Shown here: positions 19,937 through 29,473 of the stretch, one piece after another
Layout: every line of letters starts with the position of its first letter
Numbering within the stretch: the stretch's first letter is position 1
Notes under the pieces: generated by a model
Database searches by the model: none
Told to the model about the DNA's origin: nothing
The model's input: only the letters and a program-made list of their open reading frames with translations
Translations under genes and position numbers: made by a program
Origin: Alphaproteobacteria bacterium
GTDB taxonomy: Bacteria > Pseudomonadota > Alphaproteobacteria > Bin95
Direction: 5' to 3'
Length of the DNA stretch: 64,000 nucleotides
Assembly: GCA_964291285.2 (NCBI GenBank)
Contig: OZ219787.1
Location: 1,472,001 to 1,536,000, forward strand

Positions 19937-21682
19937 ATGAACCGGACGATCCGCGCCCGCATCCACGAAACCGCCGTGAAGCGGGTCACCCGCATCTACG
20001 CCGCAACCCTGGCCGACATCTTCGCCGAGACCCTGCAGAACAGCCGCCGCGCCGGCGCCACACGGGTGCGCATCTCGGTTGCCGCCGCCCGGCCGCACGA
20101 AACCGCCGCCATTGCGAGCGAGACGCCGCTCACCGTCACCGTTTCCGACGACGGCTCAGGCATCGCCGACCCCGCCGTGCTGCTGAGCTTCGGCGAGAAC
20201 GGCTGGGACGACGCGCTGGTCCGCCGCGAGGACGCCGCCGGCTTCGGCTTCGCCAGCCTCGCGCGCCGCAACTGCGCCGTCTCGTCCAGGCCCCGCTCGC
20301 CGGACGGGCAGATATTGCCCGGCTGGCGCGTCGCGCTGCAACCGACGCATTTCCTCGGGGAGGCCGACGCCGGGGTGCAGGGCGACAACGAGGCCCCGTA
20401 TCCCTGCGGGACGGCAGTCTCGTTCGAGGCCACCGAGGCCGCCCTGGCCATCCGCAGCGCGGCCGGGAATGCCGCCCGCCACTACCCGCTGCCGGTCGTC
20501 TTCGATGACGGCGGGGGAGACGGCGCCGGGGAGGAACTGCCCCGCCGCGCCTTCCTCGACGGCGCGGTCCATGTCGAGCCCTGGCGCGGCCTCGTCTTCG
20601 GCGTCTTCAGGGACCGCCGCAGCGGCTACAACGACCCCGACCTCAACGTCTTCGGGCTGACCCTGGCGCTCCGCCTGCCCACGGTCGAGACCGTCCACGG
20701 CGCGACCTGGACCGTATTGGCGGATCTGGAAGACTGCCCGGACCTGGAACTGGTCCTGCCGGCCCGCAAGGAAGCGGTCGAGAACGCCTTCCTGACGGAC
20801 ATGCGCGAGGCCGCGCGGCTGGCGGTCTGGCGCGCCATGGCGGCCGACCCCTCGCCGCGCCCGGCCTTCGCCGACTGGACGCGGGCGCGCAAGGCCGGCA
20901 TCGCCATCGCGCCGCCGCCGGCCGCCCTGCGGCCCTGGCGGCCCATGATCGCCGACTGCAACGACTGGCGCGATCCGGGCAAGCTGGCCGATGCCGGCCA
21001 TGACGCCCTGGTCATGGACCGCGATCCGGAGCCGCCCGAGGCGCAGGCGCTGTGGCGCGCCGCCGAGCGCGCCGGCATCGCGCCGCGGCTCTTCGAGGCC
21101 GACCGGCGGCTGGAGGGCCATGGCTGGTACGACGCGCTCGACCGGGTGACGGATATAGCCGTCCGGGTCGCTGCCGGGGACGACTGGACGACGCTCGCGG
21201 AGTATCCGCTGCCCGGGCCGTCTCGCGCCGCGCCCCTGCCGGCCCGCCCCGCCGCCATTCGCATCGCGCTCACCGTTCGCCCGGCGTCGGGGCCGGAACG
21301 CACCCTCGACCTGCCGGCCGACATCGCGTTCGCCGGCGAGGCCTGGTCCCGGATCGACGAGGCCATGCCGCTGGTCACCGAAGACAGCGCCCTCCAGCCG
21401 CACGAGCTCGCCGCGCTGCTCATGGCGGGGTTCTTCTCGCCCTGCGACGATGCCGACGCCGACAGCCGGGAGACCCAGCGCGTCCGTTTCGAGGAGGACG
21501 CGCTGCATCTCGCGACCCGCCTGCTGCTGTCCGACGACGAGGCCTGCCGGACATCCATCGCCGAGGCGGTGCGGCGCGAGCTGATGTGGCTTGCGCCCCG
21601 CAACCGCGCCGTCGACATCCGCATCCGCCGGCCCGACGTCACCGTGATCCTCGGCGACGGAAGCGCGGCGGACGGCGCCTGA
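19937..21682 (+). CDS. GHKL (HATPase_c) ATP-binding protein
   Basis: ETLQNSRRAGA (ExxxN), VSDDGSGI (DxGxG), AGFGFASL and GT motifs; GGAGG RBS. Confidence 0.8.
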   Translation: MNRTIRARIHETAVKRVTRIYAATLADIFAETLQNSRRAGATRVRISVAAARPHETAAIASETPLTVTVSDDGSGIADPAVLLSFGENGWDDALVRREDAAGFGFASLARRNCAVSSRPRSPDGQILPGWRVALQPTHFLGEADAGVQGDNEAPYPCGTAVSFEATEAALAIRSAAGNAARHYPLPVVFDDGGGDGAGEELPRRAFLDGAVHVEPWRGLVFGVFRDRRSGYNDPDLNVFGLTLALRLPTVETVHGATWTVLADLEDCPDLELVLPARKEAVENAFLTDMREAARLAVWRAMAADPSPRPAFADWTRARKAGIAIAPPPAALRPWRPMIADCNDWRDPGKLADAGHDALVMDRDPEPPEAQALWRAAERAGIAPRLFEADRRLEGHGWYDALDRVTDIAVRVAAGDDWTTLAEYPLPGPSRAAPLPARPAAIRIALTVRPASGPERTLDLPADIAFAGEAWSRIDEAMPLVTEDSALQPHELAALLMAGFFSPCDDADADSRETQRVRFEEDALHLATRLLLSDDEACRTSIAEAVRRELMWLAPRNRAVDIRIRRPDVTVILGDGSAADGA

Positions 21683-21992
21683 CCGGCCGCCGCCATGCCC
21701 GCCTCCGAAGCGACCGCTCCGCGTGACCCCGGCGACGAGGCGCGGAAACGCGCCATCGCCGTGTGGACCGACCCGCCGATGCCGACCGGCCGCACCGTCA
21801 CCGTCCGTGACGGTCACCGTCCGCGACGGCAGGGCCGCGGTCGAGCCGGCCCCCACGGCCCGGACCCGGAAGTCCCGGCCCGCCGATCCGCCCGGGATCC
21901 GTTCACCCCGACGCTGCCCCGTTCCGCCATCGGCCCCGTTCCCGCTTGCCGGAACCGGGGCGTTTGCCTTCAAACCCGCGGAGGACGCCGCC

Positions 21993-22757
21993 ATGCCCGA
22001 TTCCCTGCCGGCTCTCGACGACATGCCGCTGCACGACATGCCCGCAGCGCCGGCCCCGGATCGCGGTCCGGGGCAGGCTCTGATCCGCAAGACCGCCGAC
22101 CGCCGCCGGCTCCAGCGCCGCTTCCTCCGCGCCGGGCGCGAGGCGGTCGACGACCGCGACCTGCTCGAACTGCTGCTCTCCGGGCGCCCGCCGGTGGACG
22201 ATGCCGGGGCGCTTGCCCGCGCATTGCTGGACACCTTCGGCGCCGCGCCGCGCGCCCTCGCCGCCCGTCCGGACCGGCTGCGCACCGTTCCCGGCCTGTC
22301 TGAAGACGCCATCGCCGCCCTCAAGGCCGCCGAAGCGCTCGCCATCCGCATGGCGCGGGCCGAAATGCCCGACACCCTGCGCCCGTCCCTCGCCGGCTAC
22401 GACAGGGTGATCGAATATTGCCGCACCCTCGCCGGCCACCGCGAGGTCGAGCAGTTCCATCTCCTCTACCTGAACCGCAACAACCTCCTCATTGCCGACG
22501 AGCGCCTCCAGAAGGGCTCCGTCTGCCACACGCCGGTCTATCCCCGGGAGGTCTGCATCCGCTGCCTGGAGCTTCAGGCCAGCGCGGTCATCGCGGTCCA
22601 CAACCACCCGTCGGGCAACCCGGAACCATCGAGAGCCGACATCGCCATGACCGAACGCCTACGCGACGCGCTGAAGACCATAGAGGTCACGCTGCTCGAC
22701 CATCTGATCGTCACGCCGACCGGCTCCGTGAGCTTCCACGAGAGGGGGTTGCTCTGA
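21993..22757 (+). CDS. radC: RadC-family JAB/MPN domain protein
   Basis: ELLELLL, EQF, VYPREV, HNHPSG.PEPS.AD and LLDHLIV. Confidence 0.92.
   Translation: MPDSLPALDDMPLHDMPAAPAPDRGPGQALIRKTADRRRLQRRFLRAGREAVDDRDLLELLLSGRPPVDDAGALARALLDTFGAAPRALAARPDRLRTVPGLSEDAIAALKAAEALAIRMARAEMPDTLRPSLAGYDRVIEYCRTLAGHREVEQFHLLYLNRNNLLIADERLQKGSVCHTPVYPREVCIRCLELQASAVIAVHNHPSGNPEPSRADIAMTERLRDALKTIEVTLLDHLIVTPTGSVSFHERGLL
22054..22081 (-). repeat. Short palindromic insertion element (AGAGCCTGCCCCGGACCGCGATCCGGGG) inside radC
   Basis: Same 12 nt leader as the ISKra4 inserts and the same CCCGGA..TCCGGG stem as the 28422 repeats; the radC ORF stays open. Confidence 0.75.
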
Positions 22758-22834
22758 AAGGCGAACCGATGACCTCCCCGGTGCGCCCCCGGCCGCGTCG
22801 GGCCGATCCCCCGCCACCCAGCCCGGAGACCGCC

Positions 22835-23362
22835 ATGCTCCACCGGATCACCGGCCGCGCCACGAAGTGCGGCCCGTCCGCGATTTCCGCGATCGCCGGC
22901 GTGCCGACCCACGAGGCCGCCGCCGTCATCCGCCGCCTGTTCGACCGGCCCTCGGTGAACGGCGTCTTCATCGACGAACTCGCCGCCGCGCTCGAAGCGT
23001 TCGGCTGGGCGCCGGACTACGCGCTCCGCCATCCGGAATACCGGAACCGCCGTTTCGCCCGGCGCGAGCGGGAATGGGAGCGCCTCTTCGCCGGCGTCCC
23101 CTTCGACGAGCGCGCAATCACGCTGGGCGCGTTCCTCGACGCCGCGCCCGCCGGAACCTGGGCGATCTCCGCGAGCCGCCACTTCGTGGCCTGTGCGGAC
23201 GGCTTCGTCGCGGATTCCGGTGCGTGGTTTGCCCGCATGCCGGCTTTCTGGTTCCGGGCCGACCCCGGTCACAACCGCGTCGCGCTCCGCCGCGTCCGGG
23301 AAGCGGTCCGGTTCGTGCGCGTCACCGGCATCCCCCGCAACCCCCGTCCGCAGAAGGGCTGA
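22835..23362 (+). CDS. Hypothetical protein with possible Cys-His (C39-like) dyad
   Basis: GGAG RBS; N-terminal CGPSAISAI and later SRHFVA...D. Confidence 0.6.
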   Translation: MLHRITGRATKCGPSAISAIAGVPTHEAAAVIRRLFDRPSVNGVFIDELAAALEAFGWAPDYALRHPEYRNRRFARREREWERLFAGVPFDERAITLGAFLDAAPAGTWAISASRHFVACADGFVADSGAWFARMPAFWFRADPGHNRVALRRVREAVRFVRVTGIPRNPRPQKG

Positions 23363-23593
23363 CCATGCCGCAGGTCTTCTTCACGGGTTTCCGGATTCAG
23401 GGCGACGGCGCCTCGTTCGCCGGTCACTACAGTCACGCCAGAGGCGCCGCCAAAGCCATTCGCGCCTGCGCCCCCAAGGATGACGAGTTGCATCGCATTG
23501 CAGGCCATCCAGAAGCAGAATTTCCACCAGCTGCATGCCACGATCCGCCAGCGCGGGCGATACTGCCACGAATACACCATGTCCACCGAGGTG

Positions 23594-24809
23594 CAGGGCA
23601 ATCGCTTTTGGGCCTGTCATGCTGCGGCCCGGATCAAGTTGAGGAGGAAGTCGTCGTTCCAGGCGGCGCGCTTGAGTTTTCCGCGCATGGCGTCTTTTGT
23701 GGGTTCGCGGCGTGCGATGTTGAGGGCGAGGCGTCGGATCAGGGCGAGGTTTTCGGGTCCGTGGTCCTTGCGGTTTCGCTGTCGGTCCTCGTTCATGGTC
23801 ACGTCGAGCACCCAGTGCAGGCAGTTTTCGATGGTCCAATGGGCGCGCGCGGCGTGCTGGAAGCGCTCGGGCGCGCGCGGCGCGCTCATGATGTAGTAGC
23901 GGGTTTCGGTTTTGGTGCTCCTTGCGGTTTCGCGCCTGGCCTGGATCTTGCCGATGGCGGCCAGCCCCGGCCAGTCATGGCGCTCGCGCAGCCATGCAAT
24001 CTCGTGGCAGACCGAGGCGCGGCGCGTCTCGATGCGCCCGTGATCGCCATCGACATGCTGACATGATTGGAGTTTGTCCGCCTGGGCGGGATCGTCCAGA
24101 TACAGGCGCACATCCTCATACAGGCTGCCCTGATTGCCCTTGAGCGCCAGCACATGGTCCCCGCCCCTGGCGGTAACGGCCTCGGCCGTCGCCCGCTGGG
24201 TATGCATCGCGTCCGCCGTCACGATCCCGCCCTTGAGCGCCAGCATCTCCAGCAGCTTCGGCATCGCCGCAATCTCGTTGGACTTGTCATCGACCTTCAC
24301 CTGGCCGAGCACCAGGCGGGTCCCGGCGGCGAAGGCCTGCACCAGATGCACCGGCGAGCGCGCCGCGGCATCGGCGAAGGAACGCCGCAGCGACTTGCCG
24401 TCAATCGCGATCACATCGCCGTCCAGAACCGCCGCCCAGTCCTCCAGAAGCCGCAGCAGCACTTTCTGCAGGCTGTCGGGATCGAGGGCGTTGAACAGGT
24501 CCGAAAACGCATCGTGGCTCGGGATGCCGTGCTTCAACTCCATGAAACGGCGCAGAAACCCTTCCTTCGCCCGACCGAAACGCTCCATGTCCGCGCATCC
24601 CTCCCCGCCGCACAAGGTCGAGAGCAGCGCGATCATAAGCATCTCGTGCAGAGAGTGGCGCGTCGCATTGCTGCGACGCGGATCCGTAACTCCTTCGAAT
24701 ACTGACGAAAACTCCTCCATCTCACACCCCAACTCAACAGAAACGGAAACGGGAGTGTGAATCGAAAACGCAAACTCCTAAAAGCTAATCTTCAAAAGCG
24801 ATTCCCCTG
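23594..24809 (-). mobile_element. ISAs1-family insertion sequence
   Basis: IRs CAGGGCAATCGCTTTTG / CAGGGGAATCGCTTTTG; 10 bp TSD CACCGAGGTG (23584-23593 and 24810-24819). Confidence 0.95.
23617..24720 (-). CDS. ISAs1 transposase
   Basis: GIPSHD, IAIDGKSLR, KSNEI, VTADAMHTQ, LKGNQ and HWTIENCLHW. Confidence 0.95.
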   Translation of the reverse strand: MEEFSSVFEGVTDPRRSNATRHSLHEMLMIALLSTLCGGEGCADMERFGRAKEGFLRRFMELKHGIPSHDAFSDLFNALDPDSLQKVLLRLLEDWAAVLDGDVIAIDGKSLRRSFADAAARSPVHLVQAFAAGTRLVLGQVKVDDKSNEIAAMPKLLEMLALKGGIVTADAMHTQRATAEAVTARGGDHVLALKGNQGSLYEDVRLYLDDPAQADKLQSCQHVDGDHGRIETRRASVCHEIAWLRERHDWPGLAAIGKIQARRETARSTKTETRYYIMSAPRAPERFQHAARAHWTIENCLHWVLDVTMNEDRQRNRKDHGPENLALIRRLALNIARREPTKDAMRGKLKRAAWNDDFLLNLIRAAA

Positions 24810-25175
24810 CACCGAGGTGGAACGGGACAGCCCGACCCGGCAGCCGCCGACAAACGATGCCGGGGACACGGTGACCGGGGCCATGCGCGGCCTCGCGCGC
24901 TGGCTCTACCGCAGCTTCGCACCGAGTACGAACACCTGAGCTCGGACGAAGCGGGCGACGAAACAATTGCGGCCAACTCCCGGTCGTTTGCGACCTCTGG
25001 AAACCGGTTCGGCTGACAGGGTGCATCGACTGGACTTCAACCCGCCAATTGTGGATTTTCGTCACGTCGCAGGCGTCCTTCGCCCCCAATCGTCCGTCGC
25101 TGACCGATCGTTGACAGTGCCGTACTCCGTCAGGCAATCCATCGACGCTCTTGCTCGATACACCCGGCAGTCCCC

Positions 25176-26207
25176 ATGCCCGACCTCTACGCCATCAATC
25201 TTCATCTTCAGGAACGGCTCGAACAGGAGTGGCACGAGGAAGTCCGCGCCGTAGAGGCCGCGCGCTGGCTCGACAAGGCCAGCCTCCTGCGAAACCGCAA
25301 GAACGGCCTGCCGTTGCGCAGATTGCTGTGCGCCGGGCGTATTGCAGGCCAGGTGCAGCGTCCCAACCGGAAGAACGGCGCATGGTTCGTTCGCCGGCTC
25401 GCCGTATCCCGCGACCCCGACGCGATCCGCGAGGCCCGCGAACGGATGCGCCGCTGTCTGCCCATCGACCGTGACGCCCTGCCGCCCGACTGGCCGGTGA
25501 ATCAGGGGCCTGCCGCCTTCTGGCAGGAACTCGGCAAGACCGTAGCCGCCTTCGGCTACCTGGAGCACATTCTGGCCTCCACCTGCTACGCGCTCCTGGG
25601 GACGGGCGAGAGGGCAATCGCCCTTCTTGAGGAGAACGACCATGAAGCCCTGTCCGAGTGGTATAAGCGGCTCCTGCGCTCCCAGACCGACAGTCTGTAC
25701 CGCCTCACCTGCGAACTCGACCGGGTCCTGACCGAAGGCGGGCTGATTCCCCGCGCCGTTTGCGAGGATCTCGTCGCGCGCCTCGATGAACTCCGGCCCT
25801 GGCGCAACGCACTCTGCCACGGCGCATGGCTCAGCGTCGATGAGGACGGTTCCGCCCGCCTTGAGCACGTTTTCAGGCATGAAGGCCTTCCCGCCGGATT
25901 CGAGCATCGGAACGTTGACGTCAAGCGCCTGTCCGACATCCGCGCCCGCACGGTCGATGTCACCATACGCATCGCCGAAGCCGCCTCCGTCGCCGGTCCC
26001 GCCTACACCCACATGGGCGGCACCGGATACGCCCTCGCTACCGTAATTCCGCGCATGTACGCCCCGGGGAGCGCTCCTCCCGAACCGGACCTGCTGAGTG
26101 TGGCGCGGCGCGCTATCGAGCGCGACCACACGCTCGCCCGGGAGAGGCTCTTTCGGGGTCTGGGGACGTTCACTACCGGCGGGACCGCGCCGACCGAACG
26201 GGAATAG
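25176..26207 (+). CDS. Two-domain hypothetical protein with C-terminal HEPN-like domain
   Basis: LGKTVAAFGYLE helix and WRNALCHG (RxxxxH). Confidence 0.65.
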   Translation: MPDLYAINLHLQERLEQEWHEEVRAVEAARWLDKASLLRNRKNGLPLRRLLCAGRIAGQVQRPNRKNGAWFVRRLAVSRDPDAIREARERMRRCLPIDRDALPPDWPVNQGPAAFWQELGKTVAAFGYLEHILASTCYALLGTGERAIALLEENDHEALSEWYKRLLRSQTDSLYRLTCELDRVLTEGGLIPRAVCEDLVARLDELRPWRNALCHGAWLSVDEDGSARLEHVFRHEGLPAGFEHRNVDVKRLSDIRARTVDVTIRIAEAASVAGPAYTHMGGTGYALATVIPRMYAPGSAPPEPDLLSVARRAIERDHTLARERLFRGLGTFTTGGTAPTERE

Positions 26208-28421
26208 CCAGGTCTCTCAGCCTCCTCAGCCGGCCGCTCCGCCGGGTGCGGCCATCCCAACGCTCCCCGGCGACTTGCCGGAACTGCGCATCCTGCCGGG
26301 TTGGACGCGGTCCGGCGCGGCCTTGCCAACCGGTTTCAGCCGGTCTTGATCGCCCGCCAGGCGCCTTCCCGCCCATCGCTTGCCCGCCTTGCACCGTTTC
26401 GACGGTGAACATCAAATCCTCCCACGAGACCGCGCGGCCGTATCTTTCGTTCATCGGCTCAATCATCGCCTGAATACGATTCGAGAATTCCGGCTGCTAT
26501 CGGCAACGCTGCGGCCGATTTTCCGCGGCCGCACTTATCCGTCTTGATGCCTGAGCGCCCTCCGCAGCCCCACTGATACCACCGGCCACAGATAAGAACC
26601 GATTAGCCTCTCTCGGCGGAGATTACCTCTTGCAGTAGGAGGCCTCGGCTCAGGGGGCGAGCTGCGGAGGGAGGATCTGCTATCGGTTCCAATCAACGAC
26701 CGTTGGTATGACACGGCCCGGGCGGACCGTCCGCTGTTCCGGCCAATTCCCTCCATCTTCGCGTCTCCGTGCGTCCCGCCGGCGGGAGTCCGGCCAGCCG
26801 TCCGGGGGCGGTCCGCCGGGCGGCGCGGGAGGACTTGCGCCGCCGGCCGCCGTCACGCCCTTCCAGCACGGAGCCTGCCATGCTCGACGCCCCCACGGCG
26901 CCGGACGCCCTCGCGCGTCCTCTTCCTCCCTCAGTCCCTACCGCCCCGCCGGCCCGCCCGGCCGCGGGCGATGCGCTCTTCGCCGCCGCCCGAACCCTGC
27001 TGCCGGCGCTGGAGGTCGGACGGCCGCTCGACGCCGCGACGCTGCGCGACGCCATGACAAAGGCCTTCGGCGCCACCGACGCCGGGGGCGGCTGGGTGTG
27101 GAAGGACGCCTACGAGGCCGCCGAGGCGGCCGTGGTGATCTTCATGCAGCGCTACGCCCGGGCCATGCGCCGGAACGCCGGCGGACCCCGCCGCATGCTG
27201 GCCATGCTGGAGGCCCTCGCCGCGCTGGAACCGTCGCATACCAGGCGCTCGGAGGAACAGGTCCTGCTCCAGCAGTTCTCGACCCCGCTACCGCTCGCCT
27301 ATGCCGCGCTTCAAGCTGCCGCTATCCGGCCGGGCGATACCGTGCTGGAGCCGTCCGCCGGCACCGGCATGCTGGCGGTGATGGCGCAGTGCGCGCTCGG
27401 CGACCAGGCGGCAGGCGCGCTCCATCTCAACGAATACGCGCCCACGCGGGCGGGGTTGCTGACGCGGTTGTTTCCCGAGGCCATTGTCACCGCCTTCAAT
27501 GCCGAGACCATCGCCGACCGGCTGCGCGATGTCCGTCCCACCGTGGTGCTGATGAACCCGCCCTTCTCGGCGACGCCCGGCGTCGACCGTATCAGCCATC
27601 ACGCGGATCTGCGCCATGTCCGCTCGGCCGCCTCGATGCTGCCGCCGGGCGGGCGGCTGGTCGCGGTCACCTCGGCCCATTGCGCGCCCGGCGGCACCGC
27701 ATGGCGCGATGCCTTCGGCTCGCTCGACGACGCCCGCTGCCTCTTCACCATGGCGATCGACGGCCGCGCCTATGCCAGGCGCGGCACCGGCTTCGACACC
27801 CGCCTCACCGTGCTGGAGCGCGGCGCCGGACCTGAAGTCGAGCTGGACACGACTGCCCGCGCCGCGAACGCTGCCGGGCTGCTCGATGTCGTCATCGCGC
27901 GCGTGCCGAAGCGCCAGCCCATCGCATCCGTTCCCGCCGGACCCGCGCGCGACCTGTTCGGCGCCGCCGTCGCACCGCCGCCCGCGAAGCGGCAGGGCCC
28001 CAGGCCCGCATCGACCGCCGAGATGCGGCAGGCCCATGACCGGGGGCCGGTCTCCGAACTGGTCGTCGAGACCGGGCCGGTCGAGCCGGTTGCCGCCGCC
28101 GACACCGGCCCCTGGGCGCCCTGGCGGCCCGGCGTCTTCCAGGTGCCGGGCGCGGTCGAGCATCCGACGCCGCTGGTGCAGTCCGCCGCCATGGCCGCCG
28201 TGCCCCACCCGGCGCCGGCATACCGGCCCATGCTGCCGGAGCGCGTGGTGACCGAGGGCCTGCTGTCCGACGCCCAGCTCGAGAGCGTCGTGCTGGCGGG
28301 CGAGGCCCATTCCCGCCATCTCGCCGCGCAATACCGCATCGGCTCCGGCTGGGAGACCGTCCACCGCTGCCCGCAGGACGGCGAAGTTGAAGAACCCGGC
28401 ACGTCTCCGGCCACCCGGGAC

Positions 28422-28517
28422 AGCCTGCCCCGGACCGGATCCGGGAGCCTGCCCCGGACTCGATCCGGGAGCCTGCCCCGGACGGGATCCGGGAGCCTGC
28501 CCCGGACGGGATCCGGG
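28422..28517 (+). repeat. 4 x 24 bp in-frame tandem palindromic repeat AGCCTGCCCCGGAC(CG/TC/GG)GATCCGGG
   Basis: Four adjacent units differing only in the loop; encodes (SLPRT[G/R]SG)x4. Confidence 0.95.
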
Positions 28518-29473
28518 GACGAGACCCTGTCGGAACCGGTGCGCTTCCGCCGGGGCTGGATGCTGGGCGACGGCACCGGCTGCGGCAAGGGCCGGCAGGT
28601 CGCCGCCGTCATCCTCGACAGCCGGCTGAGGGGCAGGACGCGCGCCCTCTGGCTGTCGCAATCCGACAAGCTGCTGGAGGACGCAAGGCGCGACTGGACC
28701 GCTTTGGGCGGGCTGGAGAGCGACGTCATCCCGCTCGGCGCCTTTCGCCAGGGGCGGGAGATCCCCCTCGACGAGGGCATCCTGTTCGCCACCTACGCGA
28801 CACTGCGCTCGCCCTCCCGCCAGGGCAGGCCCTCGCGGCTGGAACAGGTCGTCGAATGGCTCGCCGGCTCGTTGGACGAGGAGGACCGCCGCGCCTTCGA
28901 CGGGGTCATCGTCTTCGACGAGGCCCACGCCATGGCCAACGCCGCCGGCTCGAAGAGCGGACGCGGCGAGACGAAGCCGTCGCAGCAGGGAAGGGCCGGC
29001 CTGCGCCTGCAGAACGCCCTGCCCGACGCCCGCATCGCCTATGTCTCCGCGACCGGCGCCACCACGCTCCCCGGCCTCGCCTATGCGGGGCGTCTGGGAT
29101 TGTGGGCCGCCGGCGAGACGCCGTTCGAGACCCGCACCGCCTTCGTCTCCGCCATGGAGGCCGGCGGCGTCGCCGCGATGGAGGTCGTCGCACGCGATCT
29201 GAAGGCCCTCGGCCTCTACCAGGCAAGGGCGCTCGCCTATGACGGCATCGAGGTCGACATCCTCGAACATTCGCTCACCCCGGAGCAGCGGCGCATCTAC
29301 GACGCCTATGCCGACGCCTTCAAGGTGATCCACCACAATATCGGGGAGGCGCTGAAGGCCACCGGCATCGTCCGGGGCGAGGACACGCTGAACAGGAACG
29401 CCAAAGCGGCAGCGCTGAGCGCCTTCGAGGGCACGAAGCAGCGCTTCTTCGGCCATCTGCTCACCGGCATGAA

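Larger units (their letters stand above)
23365..24965 (+). pseudogene. Conserved ICE backbone gene (family often annotated 'antitoxin of toxin-antitoxin stability system'), frameshifted and split by ISAs1
   Basis: FTGF..QGDGASF.G.Y, LQAIQKQNFHQL..RGRYCHEY before the IS; VERDSPT...LARWLYR after it; frameshifts near 23498 and 24915. Confidence 0.7.

Noticed and set aside
21695-21900. Small ORF with a 16 bp tandem duplication (GTCACCGTCCG[T/C]GACG)
   Set aside because: Probably a slippage-frameshifted remnant; too little evidence for a gene call.
26210-26760. Short ORFs between the HEPN-like gene and the helicase
   Set aside because: No motifs or clear RBS; likely degraded sequence plus promoter region.
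28422-28517. CRISPR array call for the 24 bp repeats
   Set aside because: Units are directly adjacent with no spacers, lie in frame within a gene, and there are no cas genes.
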